NCBI GenBank assembly: GCA_943372295.1
Contig: CALRYC010000001.1
Location: 3,577-67,576, forward strand
Origin: Chitinophaga pinensis
GTDB lineage: Bacteria > Bacteroidota > Ignavibacteria > Kapaibacteriales > Kapaibacteriaceae
Direction of reading: 5' to 3'
Length of the DNA: 64,000 nucleotides
The notes below the pieces were generated by a model that was given only the letters and a program-made list of their open reading frames with translations, made no database searches and was not told the origin of the DNA. Numbering within the stretch: the first letter of the stretch is position 1; every line of letters starts with the position of its first letter. The position numbers and the translations under genes were made by a program. This document shows, piece by piece, positions 55,539-64,000 of this stretch.

Positions 55539-56693
55539 TTGTACGAGATGGATGCCAATTCCGCATGCGGTCCCGTCCAGATTCACCGTACCAGCCCCCT
55601 ACTCATGCCACATCTCTACATCGACCCCGATATCAGCAAAGCCGAGACATTGCCCGGCTGGTTCTATCATGACGTGAACATGTTCGAGAGCATGAAAGAC
55701 AAGGTGTTTGCTTCGTCCTGGCAGTGGATCGGGGACTCGAATGTTGTGTCACTGCCGAATACGGCTCATCCGCTTACGTTCATGGACGGGTACCTGAACG
55801 AGCCAATGGTGCTTGTCCGGTCAGCCGATGACACCCTCAGATGCCTGTCGAACGTCTGCACGCATCGCGGCAACGTGGTGGTGCATCACCCGGGTCCGTG
55901 CAGGCAGCTTACGTGCATGTATCACGGACGTCGCTTCGCGCAGGACGGGACGTTTCTGTCCATGCCGGAGTTTACCCAGACGCAGGACTTCCCCCGTCCA
56001 TGCGATAACCTGCACGCGTTCGATCTGGTCGAATGGGGCCCGTTTCTCTTCACTGGAATTGCGCCCAACTTCGACATCCGTCAGGTGCTCTCGATCATGA
56101 ACGAGCGCGTTGGCTTTCTGCCCCTTTCCGAATTCGTACATCAGCCAAACCTTGGCAAGGACTACCTCGTCAACGCGCACTGGGCCCTCTACTGCGACAA
56201 CTATCTCGAGGGCTTCCATATCCCGTTTGTGCATCAGGACCTGAATGCGGTGCTGGATTATGGACAGTACACCACGGAAGTCTATGACCACTTCAACCTC
56301 CAGATCGGCTATGCAAAGGATGGCGAAGAATGCTTTACACTGCCCGAAGGTCACCCTGACCACGGAAAGTCCATCGCCGCCTATTACTACTGGATCTTCC
56401 CGAACATGATGTTCAACTTCTATCCATGGGGGCTGTCCATCAACATCGTAAAGCCCATTACGATCGAAAAGACAAAGGTCAGCTTCATCACCTACGTTTA
56501 CGATGAAAGCAAGCTTCACTCCGGCGCCGGCGCTATGCTCGATAAGGTCGAGCGCGAAGACGAATACGTCGTCGAAAATGTCTTCAAGGGGCTCAAATCA
56601 CGTATCTACACCACCGGACGCTTCTCCGTCAACCGCGAACAGGGCACGCACCACTTTCACCGGTTGCTGGCGGAGCGCCTTGCACAGGTGTGA
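55539..56693 (+). CDS. Rieske [2Fe-2S] non-heme iron oxygenase, alpha-subunit type
   Basis: CTHRGNVV...CMYHGRRF Rieske motif. DNYLEGFHIPFVH mononuclear-iron motif. Alternative start at 55605 (MPHLYIDPD). Confidence 0.8.
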   Translation: MYEMDANSACGPVQIHRTSPLLMPHLYIDPDISKAETLPGWFYHDVNMFESMKDKVFASSWQWIGDSNVVSLPNTAHPLTFMDGYLNEPMVLVRSADDTLRCLSNVCTHRGNVVVHHPGPCRQLTCMYHGRRFAQDGTFLSMPEFTQTQDFPRPCDNLHAFDLVEWGPFLFTGIAPNFDIRQVLSIMNERVGFLPLSEFVHQPNLGKDYLVNAHWALYCDNYLEGFHIPFVHQDLNAVLDYGQYTTEVYDHFNLQIGYAKDGEECFTLPEGHPDHGKSIAAYYYWIFPNMMFNFYPWGLSINIVKPITIEKTKVSFITYVYDESKLHSGAGAMLDKVEREDEYVVENVFKGLKSRIYTTGRFSVNREQGTHHFHRLLAERLAQV

Positions 56694-56728
56694 GGTTTCA
56701 GGTGTGGGGATTGAGGAGTGGGGTAATC

Positions 56729-56925
56729 ATCGCACAATAGCCCACGGCTTCAGCCGTGGGAAAACGTGGGCACGCAATGGGCGACGCGGCATCACGAATG
56801 AATCGCACAATACCCCACGGCTTCAGCCGTGGGAAAACGTGGGAACGCAATGGGCAACGCGGCATCCCGAACGATCCGCACAATAGCCCACGGCTTCAGC
56901 CGTGGGCAAACGTGGGAAGACGTGT
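56729..56925. repeat. About three 72-bp hairpin units (same family as 25783-26040, opposite orientation)
   Basis: ATCGCACAATAG-CCCACGGCTTCAGCCGTGGG-AAAACGTGGGCACGCAATGGGCGACGCGGCATCACGAATGA, repeated. Confidence 0.9.
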
Positions 56926-56980
56926 TAGGGAGCTATTTTCAGGTCATGAATGAAGTACACCATACCGTTGGTAGTGAGGA

Positions 56981-57889
56981 GTGAAAGCGATGCAAATGTG
57001 GTCGAAACGAGGGTTGGCTCTCATTGCCATGTGGTATCTCGTCAGCGGTGCTTCGGCACTGGCTCAGGGCTGCAGTGATGCTGGCATTTGCACGATGGGG
57101 AGTATGCGTGCCGGGGCAACCACGGTGGCGCAGCAGCGGTCAATCTATACGTCGCTTTCCAGCAGCTTCGGCATTGGAGAGCAGGGGGTTACGATCCTGC
57201 ATGTTGTGCCCGAGGTAACTCTGCCGCTCTTCGATAATGGCATATTGAGAGCATCGATCCCGCTTGTGCGTGCCAGTGGTTCGCTTGGCACGAATGAGGG
57301 CATTGGTGATGCGAGCATAAACTACGCGCACAGTCTGTATCGGGATGATGCTATGGAGATGGGGCTGACGGCTGGGATGCGTGTTGCTACTGGTACGACC
57401 AATGCCGAACGGTCGGCCCGAAAGGCATTGCCCATGCCATATCAGACCGGACTTGGAACTACGGATCTCGTTCTTGGTTTCTCCGCCATCATTGATCAAT
57501 GGACCCTCGCAGCCGGATACCAGCGGGTTGTTGTCGATCGCAACAGCAACACCTACCACGATGAGGACCTCGGATATTTCACATCTCACCAGCTTAGGCG
57601 CGGCGACGACGCAATGCTGCGGGTAAGCCGCCGTTTTGAGGTCGGTGGTGTCGACCTCGCACCTTCAGTCCTGGCCATCTACCGCGTCCAGGGCGACCGC
57701 GTCATGAACGTCAACGTTGAGGGTTCCAGCGGCCTGACACTCAATGTGGCGTTCGCGGCAATGACTCCCATCTCCGATCGCTTCAACCTTCGACTCGATC
57801 TTGCCTCCCCAATTGTGGTTCGTAAAGTCCGCGCAGATGGACTGACCCGAGCCTTTGTAGCAACTCTTGAGGTGAGCTATCGGCTGTAG
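56981..57889 (+). CDS. Outer-membrane beta-barrel protein (MetA/phenol-pathway transporter-like)
   Basis: Signal peptide ...LALIAMWYLVSGASALAQG, alternating beta-strand pattern, C-terminal LEVSYRL. Confidence 0.4.
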   Translation: MKAMQMWSKRGLALIAMWYLVSGASALAQGCSDAGICTMGSMRAGATTVAQQRSIYTSLSSSFGIGEQGVTILHVVPEVTLPLFDNGILRASIPLVRASGSLGTNEGIGDASINYAHSLYRDDAMEMGLTAGMRVATGTTNAERSARKALPMPYQTGLGTTDLVLGFSAIIDQWTLAAGYQRVVVDRNSNTYHDEDLGYFTSHQLRRGDDAMLRVSRRFEVGGVDLAPSVLAIYRVQGDRVMNVNVEGSSGLTLNVAFAAMTPISDRFNLRLDLASPIVVRKVRADGLTRAFVATLEVSYRL

Positions 57890-58023
57890 GTCTGCCGGGT
57901 GCATCCCGGAAGTGAGTTCGTCATTGCGGTGTGGAATGCTCACGGTGCACATGGAGCCCCTTCCCAATGTGTCCGCGAAAAGAAGACATTGTTACTTTGC
58001 CATTCAACCTCCAGGACCCGCTC

Positions 58024-58335
58024 ATGAAACATCTGGCAACGCTCCTACTAGTCTGCTGCCTTTTAACCTCCTGCTATAATGTGCGGACGGTTGCGAACGT
58101 AGAGGCGCAGCGGGATGCCAATCCGCAAAGCACAACGGTGTGGGTGTATGCGTGGGGTCTGGCGCAGCCACGGGTGGTTGCGCCGGAGTGCAAGTCGGGG
58201 GCGCTGCAGGATGTGCGGACTTCTACCAACTTTGGATATGCACTGATCACGGTGGCAACGCTGGGGTTTGTCTGCCCCCTGACGGTTGAGTATACCTGCG
58301 CCAAGCCGTGCGAGGTCGACCCGGAGGCGCAATGA
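58024..58335 (+). CDS. Small lipoprotein (Bor-family-like)
   Basis: MKHLATLLLVCCLLTSCYN lipobox. Two Cys pairs and a WGL motif as in Bor/Iss proteins. This is a weak recollection. Confidence 0.35.
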   Translation: MKHLATLLLVCCLLTSCYNVRTVANVEAQRDANPQSTTVWVYAWGLAQPRVVAPECKSGALQDVRTSTNFGYALITVATLGFVCPLTVEYTCAKPCEVDPEAQ

Positions 58336-59867
58336 GTCGCCAGCCATCATCGCACACGACGCGGCAGCGTGCGTGGAAGAACCTGCACGAAAACGTGCTG
58401 CTGACGGTGGATACGTATCATGAGCTATACAATCCGCTGCCACCCCGGAATGACAGAGTGCTGGCCGATATAAAGTCGACAACGGCTCATGTGTGTGGGA
58501 TCCTTGCCGCAGCCGCGGCCGCGGGTAAGACGGTGCGCTCGGTAGGGGGCGCATGGTCCCTGAGTGACGTTGCAACTAGTCGCGATGTGATGCTCGGCAC
58601 GAGGAATCTCAACCTGTGGTTCCCGATCGCTGCGACGTCTCTGGCAAAGAACACCCGTCATGATGCTAAACGTCTGCATTACATGCAGTGCGGCAGCTCG
58701 GTGGGGGAGGTGTACTCTCGCCTCGAACGTCGTGGATATACACTCCCGACGAGTGGCGCGAGTAATGGTCAGACGATCGCCGGCGCAGTGTCTACAGGCA
58801 CGCATGGTTCGGCATTAACGTATGGGGCTATCCAGGAATGCGTGGTTGCGATACACCTGGTTGTTGGGCCCGACCCGTCGGTGGATAGCGTACTTCTTGA
58901 GCGGGCCAGCGATCCTGTTTCATCAACAGGTCTGGCTCGGCGTCTCGGCGCCAGACTGGTTCGAAACGATGATCAATTCAACGCCGCGCTGGTGTCGTTT
59001 GGGTCGATGGGCTTTGTAATGGGCTATATCATCAACGCCGAGCCCCTTTATCATCTCGAGTCGTGGCGTCGCGTGGTGCCATACGACGGGCTGGTGAAGG
59101 CGCTTATGACCACGCTCGACGTTGATCTTGTGCAGATGATCGTGCCCCAGATGCCGGTCCACGCCGACAAGATCTGGCACGTTGAGGTTGTGCTCAATCC
59201 CCATGATCCAGCCAATGCGTACCTGACCGTGATGGAGCGCTGGGATACGAACCGACAGCTCTCAGCGCCGGAGCCGACGGCGCTTTCGACGCCAGGCGAT
59301 GATCTCTTGAGTCTCATCGGTGGTCTTACCTCAACTTTGCCGGCAACAGCGGGTCCGGCCACAAGCGCACTTATTTCGGCAACCTTCGGAAGCAGGGGGC
59401 CTGTGGTTGCCACACCGTATGGCACGTTCACTGCCGCAAGCGTGCGTGGTGCGGCACTAAGCGTGGAGATCGGCGTGCCGCACGACCGCAGTGTGGATGC
59501 TGTGGAGATCCTGACGTCTTCCAAGGAGATCGGCCACTACGCTGGCATTATCGCCTGCCGCTTTGTCAAGGCCTCGGCCGCATCGATGGCGTTCACGCAA
59601 TTCCCGATCACCTGCACGATTGAGCTGCCCGGAGTCAAGAATGCGAACACACAGAAGTTCTATGATGCGGGTTACGCCGCTCTGTTCGCCTCTGATATCC
59701 CGGTCACAGCGCACTGGGGACAGATATATCCCAAGGGCGACGAGATACTGAAGGCGTATGGACCGAATCTGCACCGTTGGCTTGCTGCACGTCGTGCGCT
59801 GCTCTCTCCGGCCATGCAGAGCGTGTTTGCCCACGAGGCCGTGCCGAAAGATGTTGTTGCGGGTTAG
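58332..59867 (+). CDS. FAD-linked oxidase (PCMH-type FAD-binding domain; sugar-1,4-lactone oxidase-like)
   Basis: [55 protein letters not shown] at 58332 overlaps the upstream stop. Confidence 0.65.
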   Translation: MSRQPSSHTTRQRAWKNLHENVLLTVDTYHELYNPLPPRNDRVLADIKSTTAHVCGILAAAAAAGKTVRSVGGAWSLSDVATSRDVMLGTRNLNLWFPIAATSLAKNTRHDAKRLHYMQCGSSVGEVYSRLERRGYTLPTSGASNGQTIAGAVSTGTHGSALTYGAIQECVVAIHLVVGPDPSVDSVLLERASDPVSSTGLARRLGARLVRNDDQFNAALVSFGSMGFVMGYIINAEPLYHLESWRRVVPYDGLVKALMTTLDVDLVQMIVPQMPVHADKIWHVEVVLNPHDPANAYLTVMERWDTNRQLSAPEPTALSTPGDDLLSLIGGLTSTLPATAGPATSALISATFGSRGPVVATPYGTFTAASVRGAALSVEIGVPHDRSVDAVEILTSSKEIGHYAGIIACRFVKASAASMAFTQFPITCTIELPGVKNANTQKFYDAGYAALFASDIPVTAHWGQIYPKGDEILKAYGPNLHRWLAARRALLSPAMQSVFAHEAVPKDVVAG

Positions 59868-61165
59868 CTTGTTTCTCTTAGAAGCGCCTGACGTTCGATC
59901 TCGAGCTGACGGATGCGGCGTTCGAGCGTGTCGAGTTCTTCGGGCATGGAGTCGATCTCAATGCGGAGTTTCGAAGCGGCCTCGTCGACCAGGTCGATAG
60001 CCTTGTCGGGTAGAAAACGGTCGGTGATGTAGCGATTGGAGAGCTGAGCGGCGGCAACGATGGCCCCATCGGTTATTCGTACGCCGTGGTGGACTTCGTA
60101 GCGTTCTTTAAGACCACGTAGGATGCTGATCGTATCGTCGACTGTGGGTTCGCTGACATACACCTTCTGGAACCGGCGCTCAAGGGCTGAGTCCTTCTCA
60201 ATGTACTTGCGGTATTCGTCCAGCGTTGTGGCACCGATGGCGCGCAGATCACCGCGTGCCAGCGCGGGCTTGAGAATGTTGGCAGCATCCATGGCACCGC
60301 CCGTTGCACCGGCACCTACCAGTGTATGGAGCTCGTCGATGAACAGGATAATCTCACCATCGGAATCGGCAACCTCTTTGATAACGGCTTTGAGTCGCTC
60401 TTCGAACTGTCCACGATACTGTGTGCCCGCGATCAGCGCACCCATATCGAGCGAGTAGACGGTCTTGGTCTGCAGGGTTTCGGGTACGTCCTGCGAGATG
60501 ATGCGCTGGGCAATACCTTCGACGATCGCTGTTTTGCCGACCCCCGGTTCGCCGATAAGGACTGGGTTGTTCTTGGTTCGACGCGAGAGAACCTGAAGTA
60601 CTCGACGGATCTCGTCTTCGCGTCCGATCACCGGATCGATCTTGCCCTTGCGGGCTTCTTCATTGAGGTTTCGCGCATACTTCTCAAGCGACTGGTAAGT
60701 CTCTTCCGCATTCTGTCCGGTTACTCGCCTGTTACCGCGGATCTCCTTCAGGACCTTCAGCACCACGTCACGGGTGACACCCTGGTCACGTAGGTACTGT
60801 CCGGCCGATGTCTTCGATGGCACAAGACCCAGAAGTAGGTGCTCCGTCGATACGTACTCGTCGGATAGCTGCGCTGCCTCAGAGAAAGCATCCTGCATCA
60901 CCGTCTGCAGGTCGCTCGAAATGTGGGAACCGCCAGCCCCTTGCACTTTGGGCAGTTTGGCGATTGCCGATTGGACCTTGTCGCGCAGCAATTCAGGGCG
61001 CACGCCGATCTTGGTCAGGATCGGTGCGACAATTCCCTCGGCGTCATCAAGAAGCGCCGCCAGCATATGCACCGGTTCGAGCGCCTGATTCGTATGCTCG
61101 GAAGCGATCTCCTGCGCCTTTTGCAGGGCCTCCTGAGCTTTAATGGTGAGCTTGTTGATGTTCAT
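59864..61165 (-). CDS. clpB: ClpB-type AAA+ disaggregase, N-terminal 433 aa only (N-domain, NBD1, start of M-domain); apparently truncated
   Basis: [21 protein letters not shown]..., [77 protein letters not shown]. Ends ...[18 protein letters not shown], and no NBD2 follows. The track start 61642 is an extension through the opposite-strand gene. Confidence 0.8.
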   Translation of the reverse strand: MNINKLTIKAQEALQKAQEIASEHTNQALEPVHMLAALLDDAEGIVAPILTKIGVRPELLRDKVQSAIAKLPKVQGAGGSHISSDLQTVMQDAFSEAAQLSDEYVSTEHLLLGLVPSKTSAGQYLRDQGVTRDVVLKVLKEIRGNRRVTGQNAEETYQSLEKYARNLNEEARKGKIDPVIGREDEIRRVLQVLSRRTKNNPVLIGEPGVGKTAIVEGIAQRIISQDVPETLQTKTVYSLDMGALIAGTQYRGQFEERLKAVIKEVADSDGEIILFIDELHTLVGAGATGGAMDAANILKPALARGDLRAIGATTLDEYRKYIEKDSALERRFQKVYVSEPTVDDTISILRGLKERYEVHHGVRITDGAIVAAAQLSNRYITDRFLPDKAIDLVDEAASKLRIEIDSMPEELDTLERRIRQLEIERQALLRETS

Positions 61166-61222
61166 GGGTGATCTCCGTATCAAGTTCGACCGCGAAGACG
61201 AATTCGACCAAAACATGTTGGC

Positions 61223-61285
61223 AGTACCCAGTACCCAGTACCCAGTACCCAGTACCCAGTACCCAGTACCCAGTACCCAGTACAC
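61223..61285. repeat. Heptamer tandem repeat (AGTACCC x8 plus one variant)
   Basis: Read directly in the divergent clpB / thioesterase intergenic region. Confidence 0.9.
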
Positions 61286-61297
61286 TATTTTTGCCGC

Positions 61298-61735
61298 ATG
61301 GAATTCACCATCAAAAACTCGCATTTCCGTGAGACCATCCTGGGCCGCCTTGAGCGTCAGGAGTTCATGAAGCACATCGGCTGCGTGCTCACGCTCATCG
61401 AGCCGGGACATGTGATTGCCGAGATCGAGCTCCGCACCGAGCATCAGCAGCAGCTCGGGCTGGTTCATGGCGGCGTTACGGCAACCATCGCCGACGTTGC
61501 CGCCGGCTTTGCGGGGTTTACCCTTGTTGCGCCACACGAGCACACGGTCACCGCCGAGTTCAAGTGCTCCTACTTCCGCAAGGGAAGGGGCAAGCGGCTC
61601 CGCGCGGTTGGACGTGTCGTAAAACCCGGTACGAACATGCACTTCTGCGAGGCCGACGTCTTCTGCATCCAGGACGATGGCACCGAAGTGCTTATCGCAC
61701 GGGCCACCACGACGATGGCGGTTATAGCGCCTTGA
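61298..61735 (+). CDS. PaaI-family hotdog-fold thioesterase
   Basis: [20 protein letters not shown]...[18 protein letters not shown]. Confidence 0.75.
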   Translation: MEFTIKNSHFRETILGRLERQEFMKHIGCVLTLIEPGHVIAEIELRTEHQQQLGLVHGGVTATIADVAAGFAGFTLVAPHEHTVTAEFKCSYFRKGRGKRLRAVGRVVKPGTNMHFCEADVFCIQDDGTEVLIARATTTMAVIAP

Positions 61736-61779
61736 GGTCCTTCGTCGCCTTCGGCTCCTCAGGATGACGCAGCATGCAG

Positions 61780-62079
61780 TTATCCCGTGAATTCAAAGAA
61801 AGGGGGCGACAGGCTTGCTAACCGAGGATTGCGGCCACGGATCAGTGCAAGTTTTCGCTCCCTGCGCTGGCCCTTTAGCTGCTTTTCTCTGGCGATTGCA
61901 TCTACGATGTTATCGAACCACTCGACATAGATCACATCGACGACCTTGTATCTGCCGCAGAATGTATTGTCGATAGCGTTTTGGTGCTCAAGGCGTCTAC
62001 GCGTTAGGTTCGATGTCACCCCAACGTAGAGAACAGATCGAGAGCGATTACTCATGATGTATACACAGTTGTGCTTCAT
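61780..62079 (-). CDS. GIY-YIG nuclease-family protein (UPF0213-like)
   Basis: [29 protein letters not shown]...REKQLKG. Confidence 0.8.
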   Translation of the reverse strand: MKHNCVYIMSNRSRSVLYVGVTSNLTRRRLEHQNAIDNTFCGRYKVVDVIYVEWFDNIVDAIAREKQLKGQRRERKLALIRGRNPRLASLSPPFFEFTG

Positions 62080-62132
62080 ATACGCTCTGTGTGAATTCCA
62101 ACGGCTGACGTGACATTTACATCAAGAGGCCC

Positions 62133-62290
62133 CCTCCTCACCATTGCGCGCTTGCGTCATCCTGAGCCGCGTAGCGGCGAAGGACCTCCTCACCATTGCG
62201 CATGCGTCATCCTGGGCCGCGTAGCGGCGAAGGACCTCCTCACCATTGCGCAAGCGTCATCCTGAGCCGCGCAGCGGCGGATGTCCTCCG
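62133..62290. repeat. Three 50-52 bp tandem units CCTCCTCACCATTGCGC..GCGTCATCCTGAGCCGCGTAGCGGCGAAGGA
   Basis: Unit starts at 62133, 62185 and 62235. Contains the same module seen at 19040, 45847 and 61733, in the opposite orientation. Confidence 0.9.
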
Positions 62291-62380
62291 ATGGCCGTCA
62301 ATATCTTTGTTGACTTGACGTCATCATTTGCTGATGATACATGACGAATGCTGGATTTCTGCCTTCGCAGCAATCACGAA

Positions 62381-62413
62381 CCTCACACCCCAAACCTCAC
62401 ACCTCACACCTCA
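62381..62413. repeat. Heptamer repeat CCTCACA (with one CCCCAAA variant) running directly into the porX ATG
   Basis: cctcaca ccccaaa cctcaca cctcaca cctca ATG. Confidence 0.85.
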
Positions 62414-63979
62414 ATGAACACAATCCTCTGGGTTGACGACGAAATTGACATTCTAAAGCCCCATATCATTCTGCTTCAGCAGAGGGGGTATAGCGTTGAC
62501 ACGGCGACGAATGGGGAGGATGCCGTGGAGATGGCATCGGCAAAACGCTACGATCTGGTGTTTCTGGATGAATCGATGGTTGGGATGTCGGGGCTTGACA
62601 CGCTTGCAGTGCTCAAGGACATTGACCGCTCTACACCCGTGGTGATGGTGACCAAGAATGAGCAGGAGTCGCTCATGGAAGAGGCCATCGGTAGGAAGAT
62701 CGATGACTACCTGACCAAGCCGGTGAATCCGACGCAGATACTGGCCGCCTGCAAGAAGTTTCTTGAGTCGCAGAAGATCACCGAGCGAAAGATCACGCAG
62801 GACTTTCATCAGGAGTACTCGTCGCTAACGCGTAAGCTGATGGACCACATGGAGTGGAGCGACTGGCTGGATGTGTATGTGAAACTCGTTGAGCGCTCAA
62901 TCGAGCTCGACAGTCATCCGGATGTGGGGCTGGAGCAGTCGCTGCGCGGACAGTGGAAGGAGTGCAACGCCGAGTTCTCCAAGTTCGTCGAGAATGAGTA
63001 TCCGTCGTGGCTAACCGATAAGCGTTCTGAAGGGGGCCCGCTGATGTCGCCCCATATCGCAGATCAGTTTTTGATCCCACGGCTGGCAAACGGACGCCCG
63101 ACGTTCTTCATTGTCGTTGACTGTATGCGACTTGACCAGTGGCTGATGATGGAGGAGTTTGTTCGCCCCCTGTTCTCTGTGCAGCGCGATTATTACTGCT
63201 CGATTCTGCCCACCGCCACACCGTATGCACGGAATTCGATTTTTGCAGGGCTCTATCCGACAGAGATCAACAGACACTATCCGCAGTTTGCCATCGATGA
63301 GCGCGCTACGGATGAGCACACGCTGAACCGTCATGAAAAGGAACTTCTGCAGCTGCTGCTGCAGCGACGTCGCGTGAATCTGAAGAGTGATCTTCAATAC
63401 ATCAAGATCATTGACACGGACTTCGGTAAGCGCATAGAGGCCGACATCATGCGTCATGCGAAGAATCATCTCACAGCGATCGTCATCAACGCTGTCGACA
63501 TGATCGCGCACTCGCGTTCAGACTATCCGATCCTGAAAGAGATAGCGCCCGATGAGTCTGCATATCGCTCTCTGACGCGCTCGTGGTTCCTGCACTCGTC
63601 GTTCTATGGAATCCTGCGCGCGCTCTCAACGGTCAAGGATATCCAGATCGTGATCACAACAGATCATGGCTCGGTTCGCTGCCTGCGTGGCTCGAAGGTC
63701 ATTGGTGACCGCGAAACAACAACGAACCTTCGATACAAGATCGGCCGCAACGTGCAGGCTGAGTCGCGCGATGCGATGATCGTGCGTGATCCACAAGCAA
63801 TGCGCATACCGGCCGGATCCGGGTCGTCGACCTCGGTGGTGATCGCCAAGGAAGATCATTACTTTGTCTACCCCACGGACTATAACCGCTACCTTGCGAA
63901 GTACAAGGACTCATTCCAGCACGGGGGAATTTCTCTCGAAGAGATGGTCCTTCCCGTCGTAATTTTGGAGCCCCGCTAG
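62414..63979 (+). CDS. porX: PorX-type response regulator (CheY receiver + PglZ/alkaline-phosphatase-like domain)
   Basis: MNTILWVDDEIDILKPHIILLQQRGYSV...YDLVFLDESMVGMSGLD...DDYLTKP receiver, then FFIVVDCMRLDQW...SILPTATPYARNSIFAG...TTDHGS PglZ-like. Confidence 0.8.
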   Translation: MNTILWVDDEIDILKPHIILLQQRGYSVDTATNGEDAVEMASAKRYDLVFLDESMVGMSGLDTLAVLKDIDRSTPVVMVTKNEQESLMEEAIGRKIDDYLTKPVNPTQILAACKKFLESQKITERKITQDFHQEYSSLTRKLMDHMEWSDWLDVYVKLVERSIELDSHPDVGLEQSLRGQWKECNAEFSKFVENEYPSWLTDKRSEGGPLMSPHIADQFLIPRLANGRPTFFIVVDCMRLDQWLMMEEFVRPLFSVQRDYYCSILPTATPYARNSIFAGLYPTEINRHYPQFAIDERATDEHTLNRHEKELLQLLLQRRRVNLKSDLQYIKIIDTDFGKRIEADIMRHAKNHLTAIVINAVDMIAHSRSDYPILKEIAPDESAYRSLTRSWFLHSSFYGILRALSTVKDIQIVITTDHGSVRCLRGSKVIGDRETTTNLRYKIGRNVQAESRDAMIVRDPQAMRIPAGSGSSTSVVIAKEDHYFVYPTDYNRYLAKYKDSFQHGGISLEEMVLPVVILEPR

Positions 63980-64000
63980 GGTCGGCTCTCTCCGGCCCCG

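Noticed and set aside
61166-61642. Upstream extension of the clpB ORF to 61642.
   Set aside because: ClpB homologs start at MNINKLT... (61165). The extension reads through the heptamer array and the opposite-strand PaaI thioesterase gene.

Overview
This is a GC-rich window (judged by eye, not computed). It most likely comes from an FCB/Bacteroidota-like bacterium. Five encoded proteins end in T9SS-type C-terminal sorting domains, a PorX-type response regulator is present, and leaders lack Shine-Dalgarno sequences. All functional calls rest on motifs I recognise in the supplied translations; no searches were run.

Layout:
- 1-22.8 kb: core genes. These are the relA/spoT 5' part, tRNA-Pro, secreted peptidases, pdxH, ruvA, yraN, two ABC permeases, a HisA-like gene, nuoG-H-I, tspO and a VOC protein.
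- 23-45.6 kb: a defense island with lower-GC patches and no integrase or transposase. It holds a GmrSD-type enzyme, a DUF932-like gene, an hsdR remnant, a tightly packed SNF2 / DUF4391 / Mod / Mod / Res operon, a small alarmone hydrolase plus AbiC-like membrane protein pair, a DUF2971 remnant, a DUF2130 gene and a WYL regulator.
- 46.4-55.5 kb: an accessory cluster. It holds two T9SS cargo proteins (one vWA), an orphan RtcR-type CARF regulator divergent from a membrane-anchored HEPN-motif protein plus a lipoprotein, and two membrane proteins.
- 55.5-64 kb: core again. These are a Rieske oxygenase, an OM barrel, a small lipoprotein, an FAD oxidase, a truncated clpB, a PaaI thioesterase, a GIY-YIG gene and porX.

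Intergenic DNA carries at least four short-repeat families: 16-mer GGAGGGAAGCCGAAGC arrays, heptamer tandem repeats that abut start codons, 62-72 bp hairpin units with compensatory stem changes, and a GTCATCCTGAGCCGC...GGCGAAGGACC module.

The best candidates for undescribed biology are:
- the CARF/HEPN-membrane pair;
- the SNF2-DUF4391-2xMod-Res operon;
- the alarmone hydrolase/AbiC-like operon;
- the structured repeat families.
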